A DNA stretch of 64,000 nt from an uncultured Acidobacteriota bacterium (GTDB taxonomy: Bacteria; Acidobacteriota; UBA6911). Of this stretch, positions 27,436 to 36,453 are shown piece after piece. A program made the translations under genes and the position numbers. The notes under the pieces are model-generated. The model saw only the letters and a program-made list of their open reading frames with translations, made no database searches and had not been told where the DNA came from. The stretch spans positions 13,444-77,443 of the forward strand of contig CAZHQK010000014.1 in assembly GCA_964534795.1 (NCBI GenBank), written 5' to 3'. How positions within the stretch are numbered: the first letter of the stretch is position 1; each line of letters starts with the position of its first letter.

Positions 27436-28422
27436 ATGGGAAACGCTCTTGTCGATTCCGGCCGGGATTCCCGGCCGGCGATCTATTGCCAGGCACTGAG
27501 GAAACAGTACCGTAGCCGCAGCGGCACGGTCGATGCCCTGAAGGGGTTGGACCTGGAGGTCGGGCGAGGCGAGTGTTTCGGACTTCTGGGGCCCAACGGA
27601 GCCGGCAAGACGACCGCCATCGAGATTCTCGAAGGACTGCTGGAGGCCGACTCGGGGGAGGTCGAGATCCTCGGGATGCGCTGGGGCCAAAACGACGACG
27701 AACTGCGCCAGCGCCTGGGGATTTCTTTGCAGGAGACGCGCTTTGCCGAGCGGCTCTCGGTCTACGAAACCCTGGTGCTCTTCCGCAGCTTCTATCGCTC
27801 GGGCAAGGATCCGGCCGAGGTGATGGCCGTGGTCGGGCTGGGCGAGAAGGCGCGCTCCTGGGTGGGCAAGCTATCGGGCGGCCAGCGCCAGCGTCTGGCC
27901 GTGGCCTGCGCCCTGGTGGGCGACCCCGAGTTGTTGTTTCTCGACGAGCCCACTACCGGACTGGATCCGCAGTCCCGGCGCCAGCTCTGGGAAATCATCC
28001 GGGATTTCAAAGAGCAGGGGCGCACGATCCTGCTGACGACGCATTACATGGACGAGGCGGAGAGGCTGTGCGACCGCGTGGCCGTGGTGGACTACGGAAA
28101 GGTGATCGCCCTGGGGTCGCCGGGCGCGCTCATCGCCGCCCTGGGCGGGGATCACGTGGTGGAGTTCGCCGTCGCCGACGGCGGCGCCGTGCCGCCCGAG
28201 GAGCTGGCGGCGCTGCCGGCGGTGCGCGGCGTCCGTGTCGACTCGGCGGGCGCGGCCCTGACGGTCACCGAGACCCACGTGGCCATGCCGGCGCTGCTCG
28301 AGCTCCTGCGGGCGCGCGGCCTGGAGCCGGCGCGGCTCACCACGCGCCACGCGAGTCTCGAGGACGTTTTCGTCAACCTGACGGGGAGGCATCTGCGGGA
28401 TGAAGAGGTATCACCCTCTTAA
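27436..28422 (+). CDS. ABC transporter ATP-binding protein (second ABC-2 exporter pair)
   Basis: Walker A GPNGAGKTT, signature LSGGQRQR, Walker B LLFLDEPTTGLD. True start MGNALVD at 27436, inside track ORF 27289-28422. Confidence 0.85.
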   Translation: MGNALVDSGRDSRPAIYCQALRKQYRSRSGTVDALKGLDLEVGRGECFGLLGPNGAGKTTAIEILEGLLEADSGEVEILGMRWGQNDDELRQRLGISLQETRFAERLSVYETLVLFRSFYRSGKDPAEVMAVVGLGEKARSWVGKLSGGQRQRLAVACALVGDPELLFLDEPTTGLDPQSRRQLWEIIRDFKEQGRTILLTTHYMDEAERLCDRVAVVDYGKVIALGSPGALIAALGGDHVVEFAVADGGAVPPEELAALPAVRGVRVDSAGAALTVTETHVAMPALLELLRARGLEPARLTTRHASLEDVFVNLTGRHLRDEEVSPS

Positions 28423-29434
28423 GGAACTCTCGCTGGCGCGCCTGCGCGAGTTTTTCCGCGAGCCCGAGGCCGTTTTCTGGACGTACGGTTTTCCGCTGCT
28501 CCTGGCCGTGGGCCTGGGCATCGCGTTCCGCACCCGGCCGGTGGAGAGGATCTACGTGGACATCGAGCAGCACGCGCTGGCGCAGGAGGTGAAGAGCGTT
28601 CTCGAGCGCAGCCCGGAAATAGCGGTGGAAGTCCACTCGCCGCGCGCATGTCGCGACCGGCTGCGCCTGGGCAAGACGGCGCTGGTCGTGGTCCCGGGGC
28701 AATCCTATGCCTTTCTGTACGACCCGGCGCGCCCGGAAAGCGTGCTGGCGCGCGCGAAGGCGGACGATCTGCTGCAGCGCGCGGCCGGGCGCCGGGATGC
28801 GGTCGCTACCGAGGACAGGCATCTGACCGAGCCCGGGTCGCGCTACATCGATTTCCTGATCCCCGGCCTGGTCGGGATGAACCTGATGGGGAGCGGGATG
28901 TGGGGTGTGGGGTTCGTCATCGTGGACATGCGGGTGCGCAAGCTGCTCAAGCGCTACATCGCCACGCCCATGAAGCGCACGCATTTCCTCTGGTCGATCA
29001 TCGGCGGCCGCCTGGTCTTCATGATCCCCGAACTGATCGTCATCCTCGGCGCCGGTGCGCTCCTTTTCGGGGTGCCGATCCGGGGAAGCCTCCAAGCGGT
29101 ATTCCTGCTCTCTCTGGCGGGTGCCGTGTCGTTCTCGGGGATCGGGCTGCTGGCGGCCAGCCGCGCCCAGCGCATCGAGACGGTCTCCGGCCTCATGAAC
29201 GCGATCATGCTGCCGATGTGGCTGCTTTCCGGGATATTCTTCGCTCCCGAACGCTTCCCCGATTTCATGCAGCCGCTGGTGCAGGCCCTGCCGCTGACGC
29301 ATTTGAACTACGCGCTGCGCGCGGTCATCCTGGAAGGCGCAGGACTGCTTTCCCAGTCCTGGAGGCTCCTCGTCCTGGCCGCCTGGGGCGGCGTTTCGTT
29401 CGTCCTGGCGCTTCGCTGGTTCCGCTGGAACTGA
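28400..29434 (+). CDS. ABC-2 family transporter permease
   Basis: 344 aa, six TM segments, ABC-2 membrane signature. The start overlaps the ATPase gene by 23 nt. Confidence 0.8.
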   Translation: MKRYHPLKELSLARLREFFREPEAVFWTYGFPLLLAVGLGIAFRTRPVERIYVDIEQHALAQEVKSVLERSPEIAVEVHSPRACRDRLRLGKTALVVVPGQSYAFLYDPARPESVLARAKADDLLQRAAGRRDAVATEDRHLTEPGSRYIDFLIPGLVGMNLMGSGMWGVGFVIVDMRVRKLLKRYIATPMKRTHFLWSIIGGRLVFMIPELIVILGAGALLFGVPIRGSLQAVFLLSLAGAVSFSGIGLLAASRAQRIETVSGLMNAIMLPMWLLSGIFFAPERFPDFMQPLVQALPLTHLNYALRAVILEGAGLLSQSWRLLVLAAWGGVSFVLALRWFRWN

Positions 29435-29465
29435 CGCGCCGCAGGGCCGCTGCTTCCCCGCGCTC

Positions 29466-29951
29466 CTATCCGAAGTACAAGGTTTCGGTATTGACCGGAA
29501 GCCCGAGCAGCTTGAGGTAGGTGAAGAGCTGCATCTTGTGGTGGATGAAGTGCTCGCGAAAGTCGAGCGCCATGCGCTCCATCTTGGACTGCCATCCCCA
29601 GGGCACCGAGACGATTTTCTCGGCGAAATCCTTCTCGCTGATCCCGTCGAGCACCTCGCGCAGGACGGTCTTGTCCTCTTCCAGCCTGCGCAAGGCTTCC
29701 TCGACGCCGCACGAGGGCAGGCTTTCGGGCTTCATTCCCTTTTCCATTTCTTCCATGGAAGGCCAGCTGTTCTGCACCAGCATCCTGAGGCCCGAGCCCA
29801 CGCCTTCGCTCAGGTGGTGCAGGAGCTGGCCCAGGCTCATGAAATTCGGGGCCGGCTTCCAGTCGAGTTTGTCGGCGGGTGCCATGCGCATCATCGTCTC
29901 CGCCGGCTTGTAGGCATCCAGGACGTACTGACGGTACTCGTCTTTGTTCAT
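29466..29951 (-). CDS. DinB/YfiT-like (DinB_2) four-helix-bundle protein
   Basis: 161 aa (MNKDEYRQYVLDAYK...HHLSEGVG...HFIHHKMQLFTYLK). His-rich DinB-like motif pattern. Confidence 0.6.
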   Translation of the reverse strand: MNKDEYRQYVLDAYKPAETMMRMAPADKLDWKPAPNFMSLGQLLHHLSEGVGSGLRMLVQNSWPSMEEMEKGMKPESLPSCGVEEALRRLEEDKTVLREVLDGISEKDFAEKIVSVPWGWQSKMERMALDFREHFIHHKMQLFTYLKLLGLPVNTETLYFG

Positions 29952-30120
29952 GGCGATTCCTCCGCGGCACAGCGTATCACAAAAGGAGTCGCGATGCCCG
30001 TTTCGGCCGGCCGCCGCGGCCGATCGCCGGGTTCGATCCTCCGGTCGTGAGCTCCCGGGCTGTTCCGGTCCGGTGGATTGCCCGGGCTGCCGAAGGGACC
30101 GGCACAAGCGGGAGACCTTG

Positions 30121-30558
30121 CTAGCGTTCGATCTCGGGATTGACGACGATCAGGCGCTCCTGCGCGGCAGCGGCTTCGAGGGGCTCGTCCGACACCCAGA
30201 ACTCGAGCGCTTTGTCCAGCTGCGACTGCAGCCAGAGGGCCGCCGAGAGGTGGATCGCGTCGAATCCCCGCAGCGGATGGCGGCGCACGAGCCGCCGCAC
30301 TTCCGCCAGCGTGGCGCTGTCGACCACGAGCTGATCGTAGGCGGGCCACTCGCGTTCGAATGCGTCCGCCATAACCCTGAGTTGTGCGGCCGAGACACCT
30401 CCATCGCGGCGCTTGCGCGCCAATGCCGCATGCACCTCGGCCCAGCTCACGCGGGACGTAAACACGCGCACGGAGCCCGCCCAGCGTCGGCGCACCAGCA
30501 GGCTGCCCGGTTCCTGATAGTAGCGTTTCACGATAACGCTGGCGTCGGCGTAGATCAC
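30121..30558 (-). CDS. vapC: PIN-domain toxin (VapC-like)
   Basis: 145 aa. Conserved acidic residues (D5, E42, D98 context: MIYADASVIV..., WAEVHAAL, DAIHL). ATGA overlap with the upstream antitoxin gene. Confidence 0.75.
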   Translation of the reverse strand: MIYADASVIVKRYYQEPGSLLVRRRWAGSVRVFTSRVSWAEVHAALARKRRDGGVSAAQLRVMADAFEREWPAYDQLVVDSATLAEVRRLVRRHPLRGFDAIHLSAALWLQSQLDKALEFWVSDEPLEAAAAQERLIVVNPEIER

Positions 30559-30836
30559 CGGCGCCCCTCGGCGACAAGACGGGAAAGCAAGGGCCCCCGG
30601 CCCGCTACCAGCGGCGGCAGCCGCGAAAACGGCTTCTCTGCGGGCAGAATATGACCGCTCGACAACACTCTCTTCAACCGCTCATCGAGCTCCGGCTCCG
30701 CGCCCGGACCGTGAGGCAGCAAGACAGCCACAGGCCGCCCGCGGTCGGTGACGACGATCCTGCCTCCGCGGCGCACTCGGCCGAGGTGCTTCGTCAACTC
30801 GTCGCGCAATTTGCGGATCCCTACGTATCGTTCCAT
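30555..30836 (-). CDS. Phd/YefM-family antitoxin
   Basis: 93 aa. MERYVGIRKLRDELTKHLGRVRRGGRIVVTDRGRPVAVLLP is a typical Phd/YefM N-terminus. Confidence 0.75.
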   Translation of the reverse strand: MERYVGIRKLRDELTKHLGRVRRGGRIVVTDRGRPVAVLLPHGPGAEPELDERLKRVLSSGHILPAEKPFSRLPPLVAGRGPLLSRLVAEGRR

Positions 30837-31144
30837 GGCGTCCCCCGTGGCCACATATAGGTGGTCATGATAGGCCACGCGGCTCACGACGTCAACCGGC
30901 AGAGCTTGGGCGCCGCGATTCAGGCGCCGGTGAGCCCCAGTGATGATGGCTCGCATCCCTGCCGGTGTCTGAATCGCCGGCCCGGCCGGCTTTTCGCGCG
31001 GGGTACCGGACTATGCCCGCGCCCGGGGCATCTCATGGGTGACCTGCGTCACCCATACGCCCGCTTCGGCCCTTTCGTTTGAAACATTCGGCGCCCGTGC
31101 CGATCAGTAAGAGCGAGAGCCAACGGAAACCGGGGAGGGAAAAC

Positions 31145-31588
31145 ATGAGGATTCGATTCGCGGGAAAAGCGCCGGCGCTTCTCGGAGCATTGCTGATGCT
31201 CGCGGGCGCGCTCCCGGCCGCGGGCCAGGAAAGCAGGGCTCGAGCGCCGGGCGCGGGCGCCACGCGCGCCGAAGCCCGGGTGGCCGTCGAGGTCTTCCTC
31301 GGCAGGGACCGGAACGTGATTCGTGACTACTACCGGCTGCATCCGGGTGAGCTGCCGCCGGGCCTGGCGAAGCGGGGCGGCAATCTTCCGCCGGGACTGC
31401 AGAAGCAGTTGCGCCGCAAGGGCCACCTGCCGCCCGGCCTGGACCGGGAAGTCATCGTGTTTCCCGTGGAGCTGGAGCGGCAGCTCCCGCCGCTCAAAGC
31501 CGGACTGGTGCGCGGCATCATCGGAGGCCGGGCGGTAATCTACAATCCCAGGACCTCCGTGATCCTGGACGTTTTCACCGTCTTCTGA
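31145..31588 (+). CDS. Small secreted protein with four LPPGL/PPGL repeats
   Basis: 147 aa. Signal peptide MRIRFAGKAPALLGALLMLAGALPAAGQ. Repeats LPPGLAKRGGNLPPGLQKQLRRKGHLPPGL. Confidence 0.5.
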   Translation: MRIRFAGKAPALLGALLMLAGALPAAGQESRARAPGAGATRAEARVAVEVFLGRDRNVIRDYYRLHPGELPPGLAKRGGNLPPGLQKQLRRKGHLPPGLDREVIVFPVELERQLPPLKAGLVRGIIGGRAVIYNPRTSVILDVFTVF

Positions 31589-31662
31589 CCGGCCCCGGGG
31601 CGCCTGCGGGCATCGGGCCTGCAGGCGCCACGGCGTCTCCCGCATCGCAAGGGCCGGGTGCT

Positions 31663-32142
31663 TCAGCAAGTCTTGTCCGCCGCCGGCCCGGGCGGTGCGG
31701 GTTCGGCCTGGGGTGCCGCAGCGGGCGCCGCCAGGCTCCCGAGAACCTTGGCGGCCTTGCGGATATCGGGGGCCTTGACCCACATGATCGCCCCGTAGCG
31801 CCCGGCGCCGGCGCTCACCGCATCCATCGCCGTGATGTTGATGTTGGCGGCGGCCAGCTTTTCCACGATATCGGCGATCGCTCCCGGCCTGTCGTCCCCC
31901 TGGATCAGAAACCCGGTCTTCTTGGGACTCAGCTTGAGACCGGCCTTCTTGGCCGCGGCTTTGAACACGGCCGTGTCCTCCGGGATGAAATCGATCTGGG
32001 CCTTGCGCCCGACCGGGAATCCCGAAAAGGCGAGCAGGTTCACGCCCGCCTCGCGCAATGCCGCCAGAACCTTCGCGCCCTCGCCCGGCTTGTTGGGTGT
32101 TTCGATGTAGAAGTAGTCGATCTTACGGATGGTCTCTGCCAT
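31663..32142 (-). CDS. ACT-domain protein (tandem ACT-like, amino-acid-binding)
   Basis: 159 aa. The pattern IDYFYIETPNKPGEGAKVLAALREAGVNLLAF appears twice. Confidence 0.55.
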   Translation of the reverse strand: MAETIRKIDYFYIETPNKPGEGAKVLAALREAGVNLLAFSGFPVGRKAQIDFIPEDTAVFKAAAKKAGLKLSPKKTGFLIQGDDRPGAIADIVEKLAAANINITAMDAVSAGAGRYGAIMWVKAPDIRKAAKVLGSLAAPAAAPQAEPAPPGPAADKTC

Positions 32143-32285
32143 TTTGTCCCCCCATCGATCCTGTTGGCATCCGATACATCACCGGTAATGGCTATTTTTC
32201 AACTATTTTACTATATTTCGCGCGTTGCAGGGCGCATCGCTGCGAGGTAGACTGGACAAGCAGGCACCCGGCTGCGGAGGTCGTC

Positions 32286-34196
32286 ATGGGTTGGAGATTG
32301 CGGTGCGGATTCGGGGGCATCGGACCGACGCTGGTTATCGTCGCAGCATTCGCCGCGCGCGCGCCGGCTCTGGACCGCGAGCTTCATTGGCGCGCCGTCG
32401 TGGTCGACGCCAGGCTGGACGAATCCGGGCGGCTTCATGTCGTCGAGCGCCAGGACATGGTCTTCACCGGGGACTGGAACGGCGGCGAGCGCCTGTTCCG
32501 GCTGGGATTGAGGCACGGATTCGAGTTCGAGGGATTGTCGCGGATCGACCGCTCGGGGACGGAGCACGAGCTGGCGCGGGGCGACATTGAGCTGGTGGAC
32601 CATTACGAGTGGCAGGACTCGCGCACGCTGCGCTGGCGCAGCCGCCTGCCCTCGGACCCGCCCTTCGACCGCACGGAGATCGCCTACGTTCTGCGATACA
32701 CGCTGTCGAACATACTCGTGCCGGTGGAAGGCGGCTATCTGCTCGATCACAACTTTCTCGCTCCCGATCGGACCGGAGTGGTGGAGAACTTCAGGCTGCG
32801 GCTGGCGCTCGATCCGGTGTGGCGCCCGCGAGAGCCGTTCGACGGGACATTCGAGGCCGGGCACCTCCCTCCGGGCACCGGCTATGTGGTCACGCTGCCG
32901 CTGGAATACGCGGGCCCGGGCCGACCGGCTGCAGTGTGGCAGGGCGCTCCCGCGTCGCTGGGACACGCGCTGGCGGCCGCACTCGTGCTCGTGATCCCCG
33001 TTTTGTGGGTTCTCCTCTACCGCAGGGAGAAGTCTCTCGGCAGGTTCGCAGCGCTGATGCCGGTGGAGCGCATCGATGAAGCGTGGCTGCGCAAGAACCT
33101 GTTTTCCATGCTGCCCGAGGTCGTCGGAGCCGCCTGGGACGAACGTACCGGCGCTCCCGAGGTCGCGGCGATCCTGGCCCGCATGGTATCCGAAGGGAAG
33201 GTAAGCAGCGAGGTCCGAACCGAGCGCTCGTTTCTGAAATCGCGCAACGTTCTCCGTCTCCGGCTTCTGGTGGACCGATCCACGCTGCAGGGATACGAGA
33301 AGGAACTCGTCGACGGGCTCTTCTTCGCCGGCGACACCACGGATACCGACAGCATCCGGGAGCATTACAAGGGGCGCGGTTTCGATCCGGCGGCGAAGAT
33401 CCGCGAGCCGCTCCGGCGCGCGATCGCCGGCCTGGGGGGAGAAGGGCGCAAGGCCGCCGCTCCGCGGCGCCTGCCGACGCTGCTGCTCACCCTGGCGGGA
33501 GGCGCCGCCTGCGCTGCCGCCATGTATCCGGATTTGGTGGCAAGCGAGTTTCTTGCGATAAGCCTCGCGCTCGGCATTGGAGGTGCGCTTTACATCATGG
33601 CCGTGCTCCAAGCCAGAAACTGGCGGGACACGGTCGTCGACGCGCAACGGCAGTCCTGGAAATTCCTGGTGCTCATTCTGCCCCCGGTCGCCGCCGTGGC
33701 AGTGCTTGCCGCCACCGGGGCCTTCCGGCTCGGCAGCTGGACGCTCGTCGGCATGACCCTGCTGGGCCTGGCCGCCGTCAACAGCGTCTTCAATCACGCA
33801 CGATCGCGGCAGGGAGCCGACAAGATCCGCTTCCGCAAAATGCTGGCCGCGGCGCGCGAGTATTTCCGCCGGGAACTGGCCCGCCCGCTGCCGAATCTGC
33901 GGGACGAATGGTTTCCCTATCTGATGGCCTTCGGGCTGGGCGCGGACATCGACCGCTGGTTCCGCGCTTATGCCCCGGCGGGCGCGCATGCGCGGGAAAT
34001 GCGCGATTCATCCGGCTCTTCGACCGCAGGCGCTGCCGCGCGTTCATGGAGCGGCGGCGGCGGCGCCTTCGGCGGCGCGGGCGCGAGCGCCTCGTGGGCG
34101 GCCGCTGCAGGCTCGCTGGCGGCCGGCGTGTCCGCTCCGAGCTCCGGCGGCTCCGGCAGCGGCAGGTCGGGCGGCGGAGGAATGGGCGGCTGGTAG
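32286..34196 (+). CDS. DUF2207-type membrane protein with a Gly/Ser-rich C-terminal tail
   Basis: 636 aa. N-terminal extracytoplasmic domain, central TM helices, C-terminus SGGGGAFGGAGASASW...SGGSGSGRSGGGGMGGW. Confidence 0.6.
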   Translation: MGWRLRCGFGGIGPTLVIVAAFAARAPALDRELHWRAVVVDARLDESGRLHVVERQDMVFTGDWNGGERLFRLGLRHGFEFEGLSRIDRSGTEHELARGDIELVDHYEWQDSRTLRWRSRLPSDPPFDRTEIAYVLRYTLSNILVPVEGGYLLDHNFLAPDRTGVVENFRLRLALDPVWRPREPFDGTFEAGHLPPGTGYVVTLPLEYAGPGRPAAVWQGAPASLGHALAAALVLVIPVLWVLLYRREKSLGRFAALMPVERIDEAWLRKNLFSMLPEVVGAAWDERTGAPEVAAILARMVSEGKVSSEVRTERSFLKSRNVLRLRLLVDRSTLQGYEKELVDGLFFAGDTTDTDSIREHYKGRGFDPAAKIREPLRRAIAGLGGEGRKAAAPRRLPTLLLTLAGGAACAAAMYPDLVASEFLAISLALGIGGALYIMAVLQARNWRDTVVDAQRQSWKFLVLILPPVAAVAVLAATGAFRLGSWTLVGMTLLGLAAVNSVFNHARSRQGADKIRFRKMLAAAREYFRRELARPLPNLRDEWFPYLMAFGLGADIDRWFRAYAPAGAHAREMRDSSGSSTAGAAARSWSGGGGAFGGAGASASWAAAAGSLAAGVSAPSSGGSGSGRSGGGGMGGW

Positions 34197-34218
34197 TGCG
34201 AGCTTCTTTGCGAGCCGC

Positions 34219-35196
34219 TCAGTAAGGGCCGCGGATGTGCTGCCTGACCTCGCGCTCGTAGAACGAACGTAGGCGATCGTGCAGCTCGGCCGGCAGCGGC
34301 GCGAGATCGCTCGCGGCCGCGTTGACCGCGGCCTGCTGCGGCCGGGTCGCGCCGGGAATGACGACCGTGACTTCCGGATGGTCGAGAATCCAGCGCAATG
34401 CGAAGCCCGCCATGTCCATGCCCGGCGGGACGAATTCCTTGAGCTTCTCGACCAGCTCGAGACCGCGCTCGAATTCCAATCCCGCGAAGGTTTCGCCCAC
34501 GTTGAACGCCCGGCCGTCGCGGTTGAAGCTGCGGTGATCGTTGGGGGCGAATCGGGTGGCCCGCGTGATCCGGCCGGAGAGCAGGCCGCTCGCGAGCGGC
34601 AGCCGGATGATGAGCGCGACCCCTTGCGCCGCCGCCCGGGAGAAGAGCGCGTCGATCGGCTTCTGGCGGAAAATGTTGAAGATGATCTGCAGGGACGCCA
34701 GGCCTTCCTGCGCCAGGCAGAGCAGCGCCTCGTCCATGGACTCGACGCTCGCGCCGAATGCCTGGATCTTTCCCTCGGCGCGCAGTTCGCGCAGCCATTC
34801 GAACACATCGCCCCTTTCGAGTGCCGCGCGCGGGATGCAATGCAGTTGCGTGAGGTCGAGGGCATCGACGCCGAGGCGCCGGAGCGAATCTTCCGTGCAG
34901 CGGCGGAAGAGGTCCCTGCTGTAGCCGTCGGGAAATCCGTGCAGGCGGCCGAGCTTGGTCGCCACGTAGATCCTGCCCGGCCGGCTCTTCAGGAACTTCC
35001 CGATGATGTTCTCGCTGCGGCCGGCGCCGTAGATGTCGGCCGTGTCGAAGAAGTTGACTCCGCGGTCCACGGCCGCAGCCAGGATATCGAGGGCCACCGG
35101 TTCGTCTACCTTGCCCCATTGGCCTCCGAGCTGCCAGGTGCCCAGACCGATTTCAGAAACCTGCCAGCCTGTCGATGGAAAGGTTCGGTAGTTCAT
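34219..35196 (-). CDS. Aldo/keto reductase
   Basis: 325 aa. AKR blocks (GLGTWQLGG, DTADIYG, catalytic tetrad context). Confidence 0.85.
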   Translation of the reverse strand: MNYRTFPSTGWQVSEIGLGTWQLGGQWGKVDEPVALDILAAAVDRGVNFFDTADIYGAGRSENIIGKFLKSRPGRIYVATKLGRLHGFPDGYSRDLFRRCTEDSLRRLGVDALDLTQLHCIPRAALERGDVFEWLRELRAEGKIQAFGASVESMDEALLCLAQEGLASLQIIFNIFRQKPIDALFSRAAAQGVALIIRLPLASGLLSGRITRATRFAPNDHRSFNRDGRAFNVGETFAGLEFERGLELVEKLKEFVPPGMDMAGFALRWILDHPEVTVVIPGATRPQQAAVNAAASDLAPLPAELHDRLRSFYEREVRQHIRGPY

Positions 35197-35251
35197 GGTT
35201 CACTCCGTAGCTGTGTCGTTCCTTCAGGGCTCTCATGGTCGCTCGCTGTAG

Positions 35252-35652
35252 GTCCCGCGAGCCGCGCGGGACCGGTGACTTTAAGCAATAAGCTCACATT
35301 GGGCCCCGGCAGGGGCCCTGAGCCGGTAGCCGGGGGTGAGCCGCAGGCGAACCCCCGGAAAGGTGCGTATCGATCAGGCGAGCCCCGGAGGGCCGGCAGA
35401 CCGAGGTCTCCGATATTTCCATCTGCCGGCCCTTCGGGGCTTGTCGCATGCCGTCCCTTTTCTCCAGGTTCGCTCCGCTCACCTGGAGCTACCAGCTTCC
35501 GTCCCTCCGGGACGGACATTTCCCGCGCGCCGCGGCGCGGCGGACCTACCAGACGGCCCCGGAAGGGGCCGCCGAACGGGTAGCCGGGGGTGAGCGGAGC
35601 GAACCCCCGGAGAGCGCAGGTGAGCGCATCGAGCCCCGGAGGGCCGGCAGAG
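35252..35652 (+). repeat. Structured intergenic repeat, copy C: leading GC-palindrome hairpin, one full roughly 245-bp unit, then a second partial head-plus-stem unit
   Basis: gtcccgcgagccgcgcgggac hairpin. Head ggccccggcaggggccctgagccggtagccgggggtgagccgcaggcgaacccccggaaagg. An 18-bp helix ccccggagggccggcaga/tctgccggcccttcgggg. Tail ...gggacggacatttcccgcgcgccgcggcgcggcggacctacca. The second head ggccccggaaggggcc...gagccccggagggccggcaga follows. Confidence 0.85.
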
Positions 35653-35688
35653 ATCATGATTGCTCCGCTCTCCATCCTGCCTCCTGCG

Positions 35689-35955
35689 TCATTGAGGCAG
35701 CTTCATATCCCATTCGTGTATCTCGAGCGAACGCGCCCCCGAGGATATATAAGGGTCGCTCTCGGCGATCTTCCTGGCGTCCTCGAGCGACTCCGCCATG
35801 TAGATCACGAGCCCGCCCGCGCCGTCGGTGAAGCGCCCGCGTGCAAAGATCCTGCCCTCTTTGGCTTTCTGTTCCAGGAACTCGATGTGTCGCTCTCTCA
35901 GGTCCTGGCTTTTCGTCGGGTCCAGCATCCTCAGCAACGCCGCGAAGTATTTCAT
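35689..35955 (-). CDS. YciI-like (Dabb) small protein
   Basis: 88 aa (MKYFAALLRMLDPTKSQDLRERHIEFLEQKAKEGRIFARGRFTDGAGGLVIYMAESLEDARKIAESDPYI). AAGGAGA RBS. The 150-aa track ORF extends upstream of this start. Confidence 0.65.
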   Translation of the reverse strand: MKYFAALLRMLDPTKSQDLRERHIEFLEQKAKEGRIFARGRFTDGAGGLVIYMAESLEDARKIAESDPYISSGARSLEIHEWDMKLPQ

Positions 35956-36060
35956 GACCATCTTCTCCTTGTCGACGCCAAGAGACTCGCATACTATGCC
36001 GCCGGCCGCAAGAGGCACGGATCTCTCGGCGGCGCACGCCCCATACGAGGTTCCCGCGAC

Positions 36061-36423
36061 ATGCGCGGCGTGGTGTGGATCGTGGACGGCGAGCACTGGC
36101 CCAGGGCCATGCTGCGCGCCGAGCTGATCGAGCGCGGGCACGAGGCCGTGGGCTTTGTCCTGTTGTGCGACGCCCTCGAGCGGCTCGGGCGCGGACCCGA
36201 ACCCGATCCGGACGTCATCGTCCTCGAGTTGCGCGGGCAGCGCGTGACTCAGGAAGAGGCCGACAGGCTCGCGCGCTCTGGAGTCGCCCTCATCGTTCTC
36301 GCCGGCGCCGTGGAGTTGAACGATCCCGTGATCCCCCGGCTGAAGGGAAGCGAGATCCTGAGGCGCCCCGTGAGCATCGGCGAGGTGGCCGATCGGATCG
36401 AGCGCCGGCTCGCCCTCCTGTGA
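36061..36423 (+). CDS. Stand-alone CheY-like receiver-domain protein with Glu at the phospho-acceptor position (VIVLEL)
   Basis: 120 aa. VVWIVDGE (acidic pocket), PDVIVLELRG (Glu where Asp is expected), ALIVLAG, KGSEILRRPV (conserved Lys). GAGG RBS. Confidence 0.5.
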   Translation: MRGVVWIVDGEHWPRAMLRAELIERGHEAVGFVLLCDALERLGRGPEPDPDVIVLELRGQRVTQEEADRLARSGVALIVLAGAVELNDPVIPRLKGSEILRRPVSIGEVADRIERRLALL

Positions 36424-36453
36424 ACGCGGAATCCCGAGCGCGCGCCCTCCCCG

